DNA of 58,337 nt from an uncultured Sulfolobales archaeon (GTDB taxonomy: Archaea; Thermoproteota; Thermoprotei_A; Sulfolobales; NBVN01). The number at the start of each line of letters is the position of its first letter. Position 1 is the first letter of the stretch. Below are positions 16,836 to 26,755 of the stretch, piece after piece. The stretch spans positions 1 through 58,337 of the forward strand of contig CALKCU010000037.1 of assembly GCA_938083005.1 (NCBI GenBank), given 5' to 3'. The notes beneath the pieces were generated by a model that was not told the origin of the DNA, searched no databases, and saw only the letters and a list, made by a program, of their open reading frames with translations. The position numbers and the translations under genes are program-made.

Positions 16836-19259
16836 TTAGCTAAGCTTCAGGTGCACGCCAGGTCCCATCTCGAAGTCCCAGGTCTCCGGCTTGCCAACAA
16901 CCACCTCCCGGATGTTGTGGAAGTGCTTGACGTCCTCGATCACGTCCCTGAGCTCCTCCGGCAGGTAGAGGACCCCCTCTATCCTCTCGCTCAGTCTCAT
17001 CCCCCTCTCCTTCTTCCACTTCCAGACGGCTGAGTTGAGCTCGACGACCCTCTCCATCAGCCTCGGGTCTCCCCCCTCGTCCCCCAGGTCCTCCTCGGTG
17101 AGCCTCCCCCTCGCTACGGGTCCCCCCTCTACGGACCTCCACACGTAGTCGCAGACGAACGGCATTATCGGGGAGAGGAGCTTGAGCGAGAGCCTGAGGA
17201 CCCTGTACAGAGTGTGGACCGCGCCCGCTACCTCGGCATCTTTGAAACCGGCTCTCCTGTAGACCCTCGGCTTCACCATCTCGACGTAGCTCGAGGCGAA
17301 GACGTCCCAGACGAGGTGGTAGAGCTTCAGTGTGGGTTCGTAAACGTCGAGCCTCCCGTAGGCCTCCGCCACCTCCCTCGCCACTCTCGCGGCGTAGGCT
17401 ATCATGGCTCTGTCGAGGGGTCTGAGCGATATCCCGCTCCTCGGCTCCTCGAATGAGGTGACGAACCTGGCTATGTTGACTATCTTGGTAGCGAACAGGA
17501 GCCCCGACCTCACGGTGGCCTCGGACCACCTGTAGTCACTCCCCAGCTTGCTGGCCACGGCCGACCAGAACCTGAACGCGTCGGCCCCGTACCGCTCCAG
17601 GTAGGGCTCCGGGTATATCACGTTGCCCAGGGACTTGTGCATAGCCCTCCCCTTCTCGTCCAACCCCATGCCGGTTATCCTGACCCACCTGAAGGGGGCT
17701 CTGCCGGTCAGCAGCCAGGTCCTCAGGGTCGTGTAGTAGAGCCAGGTCCTGATTATGTCGTAGCCCTGGGGTCTCACGGCCTTGGAGAGGGCCTTGATCG
17801 CCACGTCGGGCTTCTCGAGCCAGTTCACCACGTAGAGCACCGTCACGGAGGAGTCGAACCACGTATCGAAGACCCTGGACTCGCCGACTATCGCGTCCCT
17901 CGGTGCTCCGCAGGACGGGCAGGAGTCCACTGGAGGCAGCTCTTTCCACGGTCTTACGTACCTTCCGGGCTCCGGGAGTATCGCGTGGCCACACCTGGCG
18001 CACGTCCATATCGGGAGCTCTGTTCCGTAGTACCTGGTCCTCGAGATGGGCCAATCCATGGCCAGGGACCTGACCCAGAGGTCCAACTTCTCCTTGTGCT
18101 CGACTGGGTAGAACTCCATGGAGTCGGCTACTCTCAACACGTCGTCCTTGAAGTCCAGCTGCCTCAGGAAGTACTCCTCGACGTGGATTATCTCGACCGG
18201 GGTCTTGCACCTCCAGCAGACCGGGACCTCGTGAACTACCTCCTCCTCCTTGACTAGGAGGCCCTCTCCCCTAAGCATCTCCGCGATCCTCTGCCTGGCC
18301 TCGGCCACCCTGAGCCCCCTCAGGGGCCCCGCGAGCTCGCTCATGGTCCCGCCCTTCTCCACGACTACCCTGGGCTGTATGCCCTGCTCCTTGAAGAATA
18401 TGAGGTCCCTGACGTCCCCGTAGGAGCACATCATGGCGAGCCCGGTCCCGTACTCCGGCCTAGCCATCTCGTGGGCCAGTATCGGGACGGCGTGCCCGTA
18501 TACCGGGACGACCGCGTGTTTGCCCTCTAGGTGCTTGTAGCGCTCGTCCCTCGGGTTGTAGATAACCGCACCGCACGCGGCGAGGAGCTCCGGCCTCGTC
18601 GTGGCTATCACTATATCCTCACCGGTCTCGAGAACCCTGAACTTTACGTAGTAGAGCCTCCCCTCCTCCTTCACGAAGTCTATCTCAGCCTCAGCTAGGG
18701 AGGTCCTACACCTGGGGCACCACTGAACAGGCTTGACGTCTCTGTAGACCAGCCCGCGCTTCCACATCTCTATGAAGGTCGCTTGGGTCATCGCTCTGTA
18801 CCTAGGCGAGTCCGTGCCCTCGCGCCAGTAGTCGAAGAGGCAGCCGAGCCTTTTCCACACTCTCACCAGGGCTTCCTCGTTCTCGTCGAGGAGCTTGGAG
18901 ACGAGCTTCAGGAAGGCCTCTCGACCCTCGGGGGTCCTCGCCATCTCGTGAGCCACTATGCTGTAGGCCTTCTCGGCCGCCACCTCGGCCGGGAGGCCGT
19001 TCCTGTCCGCGTAGAACGGGACCAGGACCTTGTAACCGAGCAGCCTGAGCGCCCTCGCCACCATGTCTATCTGAGCGTAGTGAGCCGCTTGGGCTACCCC
19101 CCAGGGGCCCGAGGGGTACGGCGGGGGCGTGTCTATTACCACGTAGTCCTCGTCTAACGCGAGGTCGACCTCCTCCCTGTACAGCCCCTCCCTCTCCCAC
19201 AGCTCTAGGAGCTCTAGCTCGTACTCAGGCCTCCACCTGATGATCTCGACCCTGCCCAT
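16836..19259 (-). CDS. valS: Valine--tRNA ligase
   Basis: IDTPPPY, WCPRCRTSLAEAE, ATTRPELL, DWPISR, DTWFDS, AMHKSLGN motifs; start at ATG 19259. Confidence 0.9.
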   Translation of the reverse strand: MGRVEIIRWRPEYELELLELWEREGLYREEVDLALDEDYVVIDTPPPYPSGPWGVAQAAHYAQIDMVARALRLLGYKVLVPFYADRNGLPAEVAAEKAYSIVAHEMARTPEGREAFLKLVSKLLDENEEALVRVWKRLGCLFDYWREGTDSPRYRAMTQATFIEMWKRGLVYRDVKPVQWCPRCRTSLAEAEIDFVKEEGRLYYVKFRVLETGEDIVIATTRPELLAACGAVIYNPRDERYKHLEGKHAVVPVYGHAVPILAHEMARPEYGTGLAMMCSYGDVRDLIFFKEQGIQPRVVVEKGGTMSELAGPLRGLRVAEARQRIAEMLRGEGLLVKEEEVVHEVPVCWRCKTPVEIIHVEEYFLRQLDFKDDVLRVADSMEFYPVEHKEKLDLWVRSLAMDWPISRTRYYGTELPIWTCARCGHAILPEPGRYVRPWKELPPVDSCPSCGAPRDAIVGESRVFDTWFDSSVTVLYVVNWLEKPDVAIKALSKAVRPQGYDIIRTWLYYTTLRTWLLTGRAPFRWVRITGMGLDEKGRAMHKSLGNVIYPEPYLERYGADAFRFWSAVASKLGSDYRWSEATVRSGLLFATKIVNIARFVTSFEEPRSGISLRPLDRAMIAYAARVAREVAEAYGRLDVYEPTLKLYHLVWDVFASSYVEMVKPRVYRRAGFKDAEVAGAVHTLYRVLRLSLKLLSPIMPFVCDYVWRSVEGGPVARGRLTEEDLGDEGGDPRLMERVVELNSAVWKWKKERGMRLSERIEGVLYLPEELRDVIEDVKHFHNIREVVVGKPETWDFEMGPGVHLKLS

Positions 19260-19321
19260 GCCTCTCCCCCGAGGAGCACCAGGTCGTAGCATATAAACAT
19301 GCCCCGGCGAGCGGAGCCGGG

Positions 19322-19340
19322 GAGACCCCGAGGGGGTCTC
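19322..19340 (-). terminator. Perfect 8-bp hairpin immediately after the aEF-1beta stop codon
   Basis: GAGACCCC-GAG-GGGGTCTC inverted repeat; terminator role is inferred. Confidence 0.35.
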
Positions 19341-19625
19341 TCAGATGAGCGTCCTCGTAACGTACTCCACGTCTACGGAGCTAACCCCCTCTACGCTGCT
19401 CAGGATGTTCTCTAGCTCGTAGGTCCCTCCCTCGTAGTCCTCGGGCATCGCCAGGTAGAGCCTCAGGCCGTAGAGCCCGAAGGCTATGTAGAACCTCTCG
19501 CTCCTCAGTATCTCGTAGTGGGGCGGCAGGGACGCCTTGATCCTCTCGAGGAGCTCGTCGAGGTCCACCTCACTGCCCTCCGGGTTGACCCTGACCGCCA
19601 GGACGACCCTGCCCACTCCCACCAC
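19341..19625 (-). CDS. ef1b: Translation elongation factor aEF-1beta
   Basis: IAFGLYGL and EGVSSVDV motifs; 94 aa; follows the Zn-ribbon gene as in many archaea. Confidence 0.9.
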   Translation of the reverse strand: MVGVGRVVLAVRVNPEGSEVDLDELLERIKASLPPHYEILRSERFYIAFGLYGLRLYLAMPEDYEGGTYELENILSSVEGVSSVDVEYVTRTLI

Positions 19626-19835
19626 CTAGGGACCCTCGAACCCGCAGGACGGGCACCTATAGGGAGCGCCGAGCTTTCTGCACTTCTCGCAGCGCCATAC
19701 GAGGACCCTCCCGCAGTTCGGGCAGTAGAACCTGGTGGCTCTCGAGTAAGGCTCTATCAGCTTTCCACAGCTGCTGCACGCGGGGGGGTTGCACGCGTCT
19801 ACCACTGCCGGCGCCCTCTCGGTCACGGTCCCCAT
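19626..19835 (-). CDS. Small Zn-ribbon protein (DUF1610/HVO_2753-like)
   Basis: [28 protein letters not shown] motifs. Confidence 0.88.
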   Translation of the reverse strand: MGTVTERAPAVVDACNPPACSSCGKLIEPYSRATRFYCPNCGRVLVWRCEKCRKLGAPYRCPSCGFEGP

Positions 19836-19873
19836 CTCCGTCCCCTAGACCAGCTACCGCGAGCATATAAGCG

Positions 19874-20722
19874 CTAGGTGACGACTCCGTAGAACGTCGA
19901 CGGGTTCTCCAGGAGTACCTTCTCCGAGCACCTACTCGCGAGGCGCCCCTCCTCGACGGCCCTCAGAACCTCGCGCCCTATCTCCCACGGGTACATGACG
20001 ACCCCGGGCCTCCTCGGGTCGTCCAGGTAGTCGCTCTCGACCAGCACGTTGGAGCACTCGGAGCCGAGCTCTCCGACGACCCGCGACCTCCCCACGACAC
20101 TCACGTAGAACCCCTCCTCCGCGTAGAGGCGGGCTTGGGAGGGGGGTACGTGGTGAGCCAGCACTCTCCAGCGCGGTATCCCCGCTCTGTCCGTGAAGAG
20201 CTTCAGGCCGCCGAGGGTCAGAAGCCCGGCGTTCTCGCTATGCACGTGGACCACTCCGCCCACGTCCTTGGCTACCTCCAGCGCCCTCACGAGCAGGAGC
20301 TCGTTAGCGGCCCAGGACTCGGGCACCGTTGGGAAGTGAGGCCTCCCGAATTCGCCGAGCCCGTCCAGGAGCCCCTCCCTTAGGAGGCTCTCGAGCCTCC
20401 TCATATACCCCTTCTCGAGCTCCCGGTAGACCGTGGCCGGGTCTCTCGAGGACCTGAGGAGCTTGTCGACAGTCGCTGGGTGGAGCCCGCCCAGGCATAG
20501 GACTCCGCCGTACTCCCTCCTGACCCTGTCGCACAGGTTGGCGTGGGCCTCCAGGGACCTAGCGACCCCCTCCAGGCTGTCGCTCAGACCGTAGCTGCCC
20601 GGGCTGAGCTGCACGAGTGCTATGAGCCCCCCGCCGGCCGCTCTGAACCTCCTGACGACCTCGCCGTAGCCTAGACCGACCACTGACGCGTGGGCATGCG
20701 CGTCCGCGAACCGGTCGACCAC
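19874..20722 (-). CDS. TatD-family metal-dependent hydrolase
   Basis: DAHAH, GLHP, GEFGRPHF, HVHSE, ESDYLDDPRRPG motifs. Confidence 0.82.
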   Translation of the reverse strand: MVDRFADAHAHASVVGLGYGEVVRRFRAAGGGLIALVQLSPGSYGLSDSLEGVARSLEAHANLCDRVRREYGGVLCLGGLHPATVDKLLRSSRDPATVYRELEKGYMRRLESLLREGLLDGLGEFGRPHFPTVPESWAANELLLVRALEVAKDVGGVVHVHSENAGLLTLGGLKLFTDRAGIPRWRVLAHHVPPSQARLYAEEGFYVSVVGRSRVVGELGSECSNVLVESDYLDDPRRPGVVMYPWEIGREVLRAVEEGRLASRCSEKVLLENPSTFYGVVT

Positions 20723-20739
20723 GCCGTCCCACCGGGGCC

Positions 20740-22338
20740 CTAGCTCCGCGCGAGAGACCTCAGGAACTCGACGAAGACCGGGGACGGCCTGAGGGGCCTG
20801 CTCTTGAACTCCGGGTGGGCCTGGGTACCGTAGTAGAACCGGTGGCCCACCAGCTCCATGATCTCTACGTAGCCCTCGGGGCTCGCACCGCTTACCCTAT
20901 AGCCCGATGCCTCGAACTTGTCGAGATAGCGCGGATTGACGTGGTACCTGTGTCTATGGCGCTCGTAGACGAGGTCGGTGCCGTATATCCTGTGGGCCAG
21001 AGTCCCCCTGACGATCCTTATCGGTAGAGCCCCCAACCTCATAGATCCCCCCTTGACCTCCAGGAGCTTCTGCTCCTCCAGTAGGTCCACGACCGGGTGA
21101 GGAGTGTTCGGGTCGACCTCGGTAGTGTTAGCCTTGTCTAGACCTAGGACACTTCTCGCGAACTCCACGAGCATTAGCTGAAGCCCGAAGCATATGCCTA
21201 GCACGGGCTTCCCCCTCTCCCTCAGGGCCCTGATCGCCTCGATCTTGCCCCCTACCCCCCTTGCTCCGAAACCGGGGAGTATCACGGCACCGTCGGCAGA
21301 GTCCGCGACGCTCTCGACGTCCAGCTTGCCCAGCTCCACGTCCGTCGACTCTACCCACACGAGCTCGGGTCTGAGCCCCAGATGGGCCCCGGCGTGCTTC
21401 AGGGCCTCGATTATAGAGAGATAGCTGTCGCGGAGACTCGTATACTTCCCGACCATCGCTATCTTCACGGTCTTCGAGGCGCTCCTGTACCTCTCGACGA
21501 ACTCCAGCCACTCACCCAGGTCTGGGGACCTGTACTCCAGCCCAAGCTTCCGAGCGAGGACCCTATCGAGCCCCTGCTCCATGAGCACTCTGGGCACGTC
21601 GTATACCGGGTCGACGTCGTAGCTGTTCACGATCTCGTCGATCCTGACGTTGCCGAAGAGGGCCAGCTTCCTCCTAGCCTCGGGACCGATAGGCTTCTCG
21701 GACCTGGCCACTATAATGTCGGGCTGGATACCGATCCTCCTGAGCTCCTGGAAGCTGTGCTGAGCCGGCTTGGTCTTAAGCTCCCCGGTCGTCGAGAGCC
21801 TCGGTACCAGGACCACGTGGACGAAAACGACGTTCGCGGGCCCCTCCTCCAGCCTCATCTGCCTGGCCGCCTCCAGGAAGGGGAGGCCCTCTATGTCGCC
21901 AACGGTACCCCCTATCTCGACGAGAACCACGTCGGCCGAGGTCCTCTTCGCTATCTCCGCTATCTCGGCCTTTATCTCGTCGGTCACGTGAGGGATTATC
22001 TGGACGGTCTGGCCCAGGTACTCGCCCCTCCTCTCCTTGGTTATGACCCTCAGATACACCTTGCCCGTCGTCATGTTGTGGTCCTTGCTAAGGTCGACAT
22101 CGAGGAACCTCTCGTAGTGACCGAGGTCGAGGTCCGTCTCGCCCCCGTCTTCGGTAACGAAGACCTCTCCGTGCATGTAGGGATTCATGGTCCCCGCGTC
22201 CACGTTCACGTAGGGGTCTATCTTCACAGCGGTCACGGAGTTGCCCATACCCTTGAGCAGCAGCCCTATCGAGGCGGTGGTGATCCCCTTGCCTAGCCCT
22301 GAGAGAACGCCACCGGTCACGAAGACGTACTTGGTCAC
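20740..22338 (-). CDS. pyrG: CTP synthase
   Basis: [42 protein letters not shown] motifs. Confidence 0.97.
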   Translation of the reverse strand: MTKYVFVTGGVLSGLGKGITTASIGLLLKGMGNSVTAVKIDPYVNVDAGTMNPYMHGEVFVTEDGGETDLDLGHYERFLDVDLSKDHNMTTGKVYLRVITKERRGEYLGQTVQIIPHVTDEIKAEIAEIAKRTSADVVLVEIGGTVGDIEGLPFLEAARQMRLEEGPANVVFVHVVLVPRLSTTGELKTKPAQHSFQELRRIGIQPDIIVARSEKPIGPEARRKLALFGNVRIDEIVNSYDVDPVYDVPRVLMEQGLDRVLARKLGLEYRSPDLGEWLEFVERYRSASKTVKIAMVGKYTSLRDSYLSIIEALKHAGAHLGLRPELVWVESTDVELGKLDVESVADSADGAVILPGFGARGVGGKIEAIRALRERGKPVLGICFGLQLMLVEFARSVLGLDKANTTEVDPNTPHPVVDLLEEQKLLEVKGGSMRLGALPIRIVRGTLAHRIYGTDLVYERHRHRYHVNPRYLDKFEASGYRVSGASPEGYVEIMELVGHRFYYGTQAHPEFKSRPLRPSPVFVEFLRSLARS

Positions 22339-22410
22339 TCGCCCGCGCTAGACTCTACGTAGGACAAACTTAAAAGCACTTGCCCACCGGTACCTGCCGG
22401 TGGGTCGGAG

Positions 22411-22929
22411 GTGAGCTTCAGGAACGCGCTAGAGGCCGTCGAGCGCCGCGTCGAGCGCTTTGGCGAGCTCAGGGATAGGACCGCGGGGAGTCTGCCCAAG
22501 AGCAGAGCCGCGGTCTTCGACTCGGTGCACGAGCTACTCAGCAAGGTCGCTCTGATTCTCAGAGTGTTGTCGCTACTGGAGTCCTCCCCGGGCCAGGACG
22601 CGGTATACGGGAGGCTCTGCGGCGGCGTGATCGCGAGGGCGAGCGGCGAGGTCGCGTTCGTGAAGCTCAGACCCCTCAGGGCCGTATCATACTCTCACGA
22701 GCGCGGCGTCGTCAGGCTATCCTACGGGAACGTCTCGGTCGAGGTAGGGGGTGACGAGATCAAGGTCTCGCTCGGGAGGCTGAGCCGGGGCTTCCGCTAC
22801 ACCGACCCCGCCGACCTAGCCAACAATGCGGCAGTGTACGGAGCCCTCCTGAGTAAGGTGATCGTGGTACCCGACGAGCTCCTGAGGACCCTGGTCCCGT
22901 GCGCCAAGTCTGTCGGTGTAAAGCTGTGA
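22411..22929 (+). CDS. Hypothetical protein
   Basis: 172-aa ORF filling the gap between pyrG and rps7 with host-like codon use; no family recognised. Confidence 0.65.
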   Translation: MSFRNALEAVERRVERFGELRDRTAGSLPKSRAAVFDSVHELLSKVALILRVLSLLESSPGQDAVYGRLCGGVIARASGEVAFVKLRPLRAVSYSHERGVVRLSYGNVSVEVGGDEIKVSLGRLSRGFRYTDPADLANNAAVYGALLSKVIVVPDELLRTLVPCAKSVGVKL

Positions 22930-22969
22930 AGCTTAAAAGCCGCATCGCCTCTAGCGGTGAGGCAGCGGC

Positions 22970-23563
22970 ATGAGCGGGGAAAAGGCCGTCGTAGTCCCGG
23001 CCGAGATAAAGCTGTTCGGCAAGTGGAGCTACACGAACGTCCAGACTAGGGACCCGAGCCTAAAGAAGTACATATGCCTTAAGCCCTACTACGTCCCCCA
23101 CACGAGCGGGAGGCACGAGCATAGGAGGTTCGGGAAGGCCGAGGTCCCCATAGTCGAGAGGCTTATGAACAAGCTGATGAGGCCCGGGAGGAACACCGGC
23201 AAGAAGCACCTGGCCTACAACATCGTGAAGCTAGCGTTCGACCTGGTGTACGAGAGGACGGGCGAGAACCCGATCCAGGTGCTGGTCAGGGCCGTGGAGA
23301 ATAGCGCACCGAGGGAGGAAACGACGCGGATAATGTACGGAGGGATAATATACCACGTCGCGGTGGACGTGTCCCCGCTCAGGAGGATAGATCTGGCCCT
23401 CAGGTTCATAACCGAGGGGGCCAGAGCGGCCGCCTTTAGGTCCGCGAAGCACATAGCGGAGTGCCTCGCTGACGAGATAATAATGGCAGCTAAGGGCGAC
23501 CCTAGGAGCTACGCCATTTCTAGGAAGGAGGAGATAGAGAGGATAGCGCTGAGCTCTAGGTAA
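22970..23563 (+). CDS. rps7: 30S ribosomal protein S7 (uS7)
   Basis: [34 protein letters not shown]-terminal SSR. Confidence 0.97.
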   Translation: MSGEKAVVVPAEIKLFGKWSYTNVQTRDPSLKKYICLKPYYVPHTSGRHEHRRFGKAEVPIVERLMNKLMRPGRNTGKKHLAYNIVKLAFDLVYERTGENPIQVLVRAVENSAPREETTRIMYGGIIYHVAVDVSPLRRIDLALRFITEGARAAAFRSAKHIAECLADEIIMAAKGDPRSYAISRKEEIERIALSSR

Positions 23564-23753
23564 GCTCCGGCCTCTTCCGCTCGATACCCGGCCCCTCTCC
23601 TGGGTAGGAGGTGTGGGAGTCGTCGCGCAGTCAGCGGACCCCCCGCTCGTACGCCGACCCCGCGCCGGGGCCGTCTCTTTCGGGCTTATACTCTTTCAAG
23701 CCTCAGCGGGCTGAGCTTTTTAGTTTAGTCCCGAGTACAGCCGGGAATCTCGC

Positions 23754-24302
23754 ATGCTGACGGAGATCAGATGGCATGGGAGAGGGGGGCTGGGCGTTGT
23801 AACGGCTGCCGAGCTCGTCGCCTACGCATCCATACTGAAGGGTTACTACGCCCTAGCGTTTCCCGAGTTCGGTGCCGAGAGGAGGGGCGCTCCGGTAACA
23901 GCCTACAATAGGATCTCCGACAGGGTTCTCTCCGACAGGTCGCCCGTTCTCGAGCCGGACATCGTGGTCGTGCTGGACCCCACCATGGTGAGGCGCGAGA
24001 CTCTACGCGGCCTTAAGAGGGGGGGCCTCGTTGTAGCTAACGCGACCAAGAAGCCCCGGGAGCTCGCCGAACTCCTGGGACCCGAGTACAGGTATGCCAC
24101 GGTCGACGCGACGAGGATAGCCCTGGAGATCTTCAGACTACCCATAGTGAACACGGTCATGACCGCGGCCCTGGCGACGGCCGCGGGGATCGTAGACGTA
24201 GACCACCTCCTGGAAGCCGTCAGGGCCAGGTTCAGCGAGAGGGTGGCGAAGCTAAACGAGCTGGCTATAAGGAGAGCGTACGAATCCGTGGAGGTGGCTT
24301 AG
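23754..24302 (+). CDS. porG: Pyruvate/2-oxoacid:ferredoxin oxidoreductase gamma subunit
   Basis: EIRWHGRGGLG and FGAERRGAPV motifs. Confidence 0.92.
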   Translation: MLTEIRWHGRGGLGVVTAAELVAYASILKGYYALAFPEFGAERRGAPVTAYNRISDRVLSDRSPVLEPDIVVVLDPTMVRRETLRGLKRGGLVVANATKKPRELAELLGPEYRYATVDATRIALEIFRLPIVNTVMTAALATAAGIVDVDHLLEAVRARFSERVAKLNELAIRRAYESVEVA

Positions 24303-24620
24303 GTGGCGTCGCTGCCGGGCTGGAGGACCCTACCCCCCGGGGCTGTCATACTGGAGCCCGGCTCCTCGGTCAGGTACAAGACTGCCGACTGGAGGACCCT
24401 GAGGCCGGTCATAGACCAGGAGAAGTGCGTGAGGTGTAGGATATGCTGGACCTACTGCCCGGAGCCCGCGATACTGGAGCTCGAGAAGCCCTACACCGCG
24501 AAGTCGGGCAGGACGTACAGGGTCACGTACGAGATAGACTACGACTACTGCAAGGGCTGCGGTATCTGCGCTGAGGAGTGCCCGGTCAAGGCCATAACCA
24601 TGGTCGAGGAGGTGAGGTGA
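24303..24620 (+). CDS. porD: Pyruvate/2-oxoacid:ferredoxin oxidoreductase delta subunit (2x[4Fe-4S])
   Basis: WRTLRP, CVRCRICWTYCP, CKGCGICAEECP motifs. Confidence 0.93.
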   Translation: MASLPGWRTLPPGAVILEPGSSVRYKTADWRTLRPVIDQEKCVRCRICWTYCPEPAILELEKPYTAKSGRTYRVTYEIDYDYCKGCGICAEECPVKAITMVEEVR

Positions 24621-24621
24621 G

Positions 24622-25809
24622 ACGGGCAAGCTCATCCCCCTGTCGGGCAACTACGCAGTAGCGTACGCGGCCAAGGCCGCAGACGTTGACGTCGTCGCGG
24701 CTTATCCGATAACGCCGCAGACCACCGTGGTGGAGAAGCTGGCGGAGTTCGTGGCCAACGGGGAGCTCGACGCGGAGTTCATCCACGTGGAGTCCGAGCA
24801 CTCGGCCCTCTCGGCCGTGGTCGGAGCCTCGGCCGCTGGCGCCAGGGTCTTCACGGCGACCTCGTCCCAGGGGCTGCTCTTGATGTACGAGATAATGCAC
24901 ATAGCGTCCTCGATAAGGTTGCCCGTAGTCATGAGCATCGCCACCAGAGCCATATCGGCTCCCATAAACATATGGTGCGACCACAGCGACTTCATGGCCG
25001 CCTCGGACTCGGGCTGGATAATGCTCATGGGCATGAACGCTCAGGAGGCGCACGACCTAGTGATAGCAGCCTACAGGATAGCCGAGGACCCGAGAGTGCT
25101 CCTGCCGGTGGCCGTAGGATACGACGGCTTCTGGATATCGCACACCGTAGAGCCCGTATACGTCCTCGAGAAAGAGGAGGCTCTGAGGTACGCTCCCAAG
25201 AGAGTGACCTGGCGCGCGCTCGACCCGGAGAAGCCCGTGACGATGGGTCCGCTGGCTTCCCCGGAGTGGTACTTCGAGTTCAGGGTCCAGCTCCAGAAGG
25301 CTATCGAGGGCTCGAGGGGGGCGATCTCCGAGGCCCTCCGCGAGTTCGGGCAGCACTTCGGGAGGGAGTACAGGGAGGTCGACGGGTTCTACACCGACGA
25401 TGCCGACGTCGTCTTGGTCGCGATGGGGAGCGTCACCGGCACAGCGATACCCTTCGCTGAGGAAGCCAGGAAGGCCGGGCTGAGGGTTGGAGTCGTGAAT
25501 GTCAGGCTCTTCAGACCCTTCCCTGAAGAGGAAGTGTTCAAGCACCTCGAGAACGCAAAGGTCGTCGCGGTGGTGGACAGGGCCATCAACCCCGGGTCAC
25601 CGTTCGTGGGCCCCCTGTACTCGGACGTGGCAGTCACCGCGTTCAAGAGAGGTCTAGACATACCGGTACTCAACTACGTGACCGGGCTGGGCGGCAGGGC
25701 TGTGCTGAGGAGTCACCTGGAGGCCATGGTCAAGCACGCCTACGGGTTCGTCGGGAAGAGAATGCGCGACGTCGAGACGCACTACGGGTTCGTCGGGGTG
25801 AGAGAGTGA
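24622..25809 (+). CDS. porA: Pyruvate/2-oxoacid:ferredoxin oxidoreductase alpha subunit
   Basis: GNYAVA and AAYPITPQT lie in frame upstream of the first canonical start (24727); ESEHSA, TATSSQGL motifs; start inferred at ACG 24622. Confidence 0.9.
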   Translation, partial: TGKLIPLSGNYAVAYAAKAADVDVVAAYPITPQTTVVEKLAEFVANGELDAEFIHVESEHSALSAVVGASAAGARVFTATSSQGLLLMYEIMHIASSIRLPVVMSIATRAISAPINIWCDHSDFMAASDSGWIMLMGMNAQEAHDLVIAAYRIAEDPRVLLPVAVGYDGFWISHTVEPVYVLEKEEALRYAPKRVTWRALDPEKPVTMGPLASPEWYFEFRVQLQKAIEGSRGAISEALREFGQHFGREYREVDGFYTDDADVVLVAMGSVTGTAIPFAEEARKAGLRVGVVNVRLFRPFPEEEVFKHLENAKVVAVVDRAINPGSPFVGPLYSDVAVTAFKRGLDIPVLNYVTGLGGRAVLRSHLEAMVKHAYGFVGKRMRDVETHYGFVGVRE

Positions 25810-26753
25810 GCTCGTTCACCATAGCCTCGATACCGCGCGAGGAGCTCCTGGCACCGGGCCATAGGATGTGTCAGGGCTGCGGAGCAGCCATAGTGATGAG
25901 GCACCTACTGAAAGCCTTGGGCAAGGACGTGATCATAGCCCACGCGACCGGCTGCGTCGAGGTCACGACGTCCCTATACCCCGAGACGGCCTGGAGAGTT
26001 CCTTGGATACACGTAGCGTTTGAGAACGCTGCCGCTGTCGCTTCGGGTATCGAAGCCGCGGTGAAGGCCATGAAGAGGAAGGGGCTCTTGAGCAAGGAGA
26101 AGAGGGTGAAGGCCGTGGCTATAGGTGGCGACGGGGGTACGTACGACATAGGTCTCCAGGCCCTCTCCGGGATGCTCGAGAGGGGTCACGACGTCCTCTA
26201 CGTCCTCTACGACAACGAGGCCTACATGAACACCGGGATCCAGAGGAGTGGGGGCACACCGCTCTACGCGTGGACCACGACCACTCCCGTGGGCAAGCTG
26301 TGGCGTGGTGAGTGGAGGAGGAAGAAGGACATAATTGGGATAGTAAGGGCTCACGGCGTGTCCTACGCGGCCGCGGTTAACTTCGCCTACATAACCGACT
26401 TCTACGCGAAGGTCAAGAAGGCTGCCGAGATCGAGGGGCCGGCCTTCATACACGCCTACTCTCCCTGCGTCCCCGGGTGGAGGCACGAGCCTCACCTAAC
26501 CGTCAAGATCGCTAAGCTAGCTGTGCAGACGGGCACATGGGTGAACTACGAGATCGAGCGGGGGACCTTCAGGGTGACCACGCCGGTGCCGAAGCGCCTC
26601 CCGGTGGAGGAGTACCTGAGGCTGCAGGGGAGGTTCGCTCACCTAACCAAGGAGGAGGTCGACACCGTGCAGAGAATGGTCGACGAGGACGTGGAGTACA
26701 TAAACAGGCTAGCCGGGACCGTCGTGATAGGTCCCGTCGAGAGGAAGAGTTAG
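25806..26753 (+). CDS. porB: Pyruvate/2-oxoacid:ferredoxin oxidoreductase beta subunit (TPP-binding)
   Basis: GHRMCQGCG, ATGC, GGDGG, DNEAYMNTGIQRS, SPCVPGW motifs. Confidence 0.93.
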   Translation: MSSFTIASIPREELLAPGHRMCQGCGAAIVMRHLLKALGKDVIIAHATGCVEVTTSLYPETAWRVPWIHVAFENAAAVASGIEAAVKAMKRKGLLSKEKRVKAVAIGGDGGTYDIGLQALSGMLERGHDVLYVLYDNEAYMNTGIQRSGGTPLYAWTTTTPVGKLWRGEWRRKKDIIGIVRAHGVSYAAAVNFAYITDFYAKVKKAAEIEGPAFIHAYSPCVPGWRHEPHLTVKIAKLAVQTGTWVNYEIERGTFRVTTPVPKRLPVEEYLRLQGRFAHLTKEEVDTVQRMVDEDVEYINRLAGTVVIGPVERKS

Positions 26754-26755
26754 CC

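Noticed and set aside
24300-24305. TAG-GTG abutting in-frame junctions (porG/porD, also Zn-ribbon/ef1b at 19623-19628) as possible pyrrolysine readthrough
   Set aside because: Both pairs are normally separate proteins, no pyl genes are seen, and translational coupling explains the spacing.
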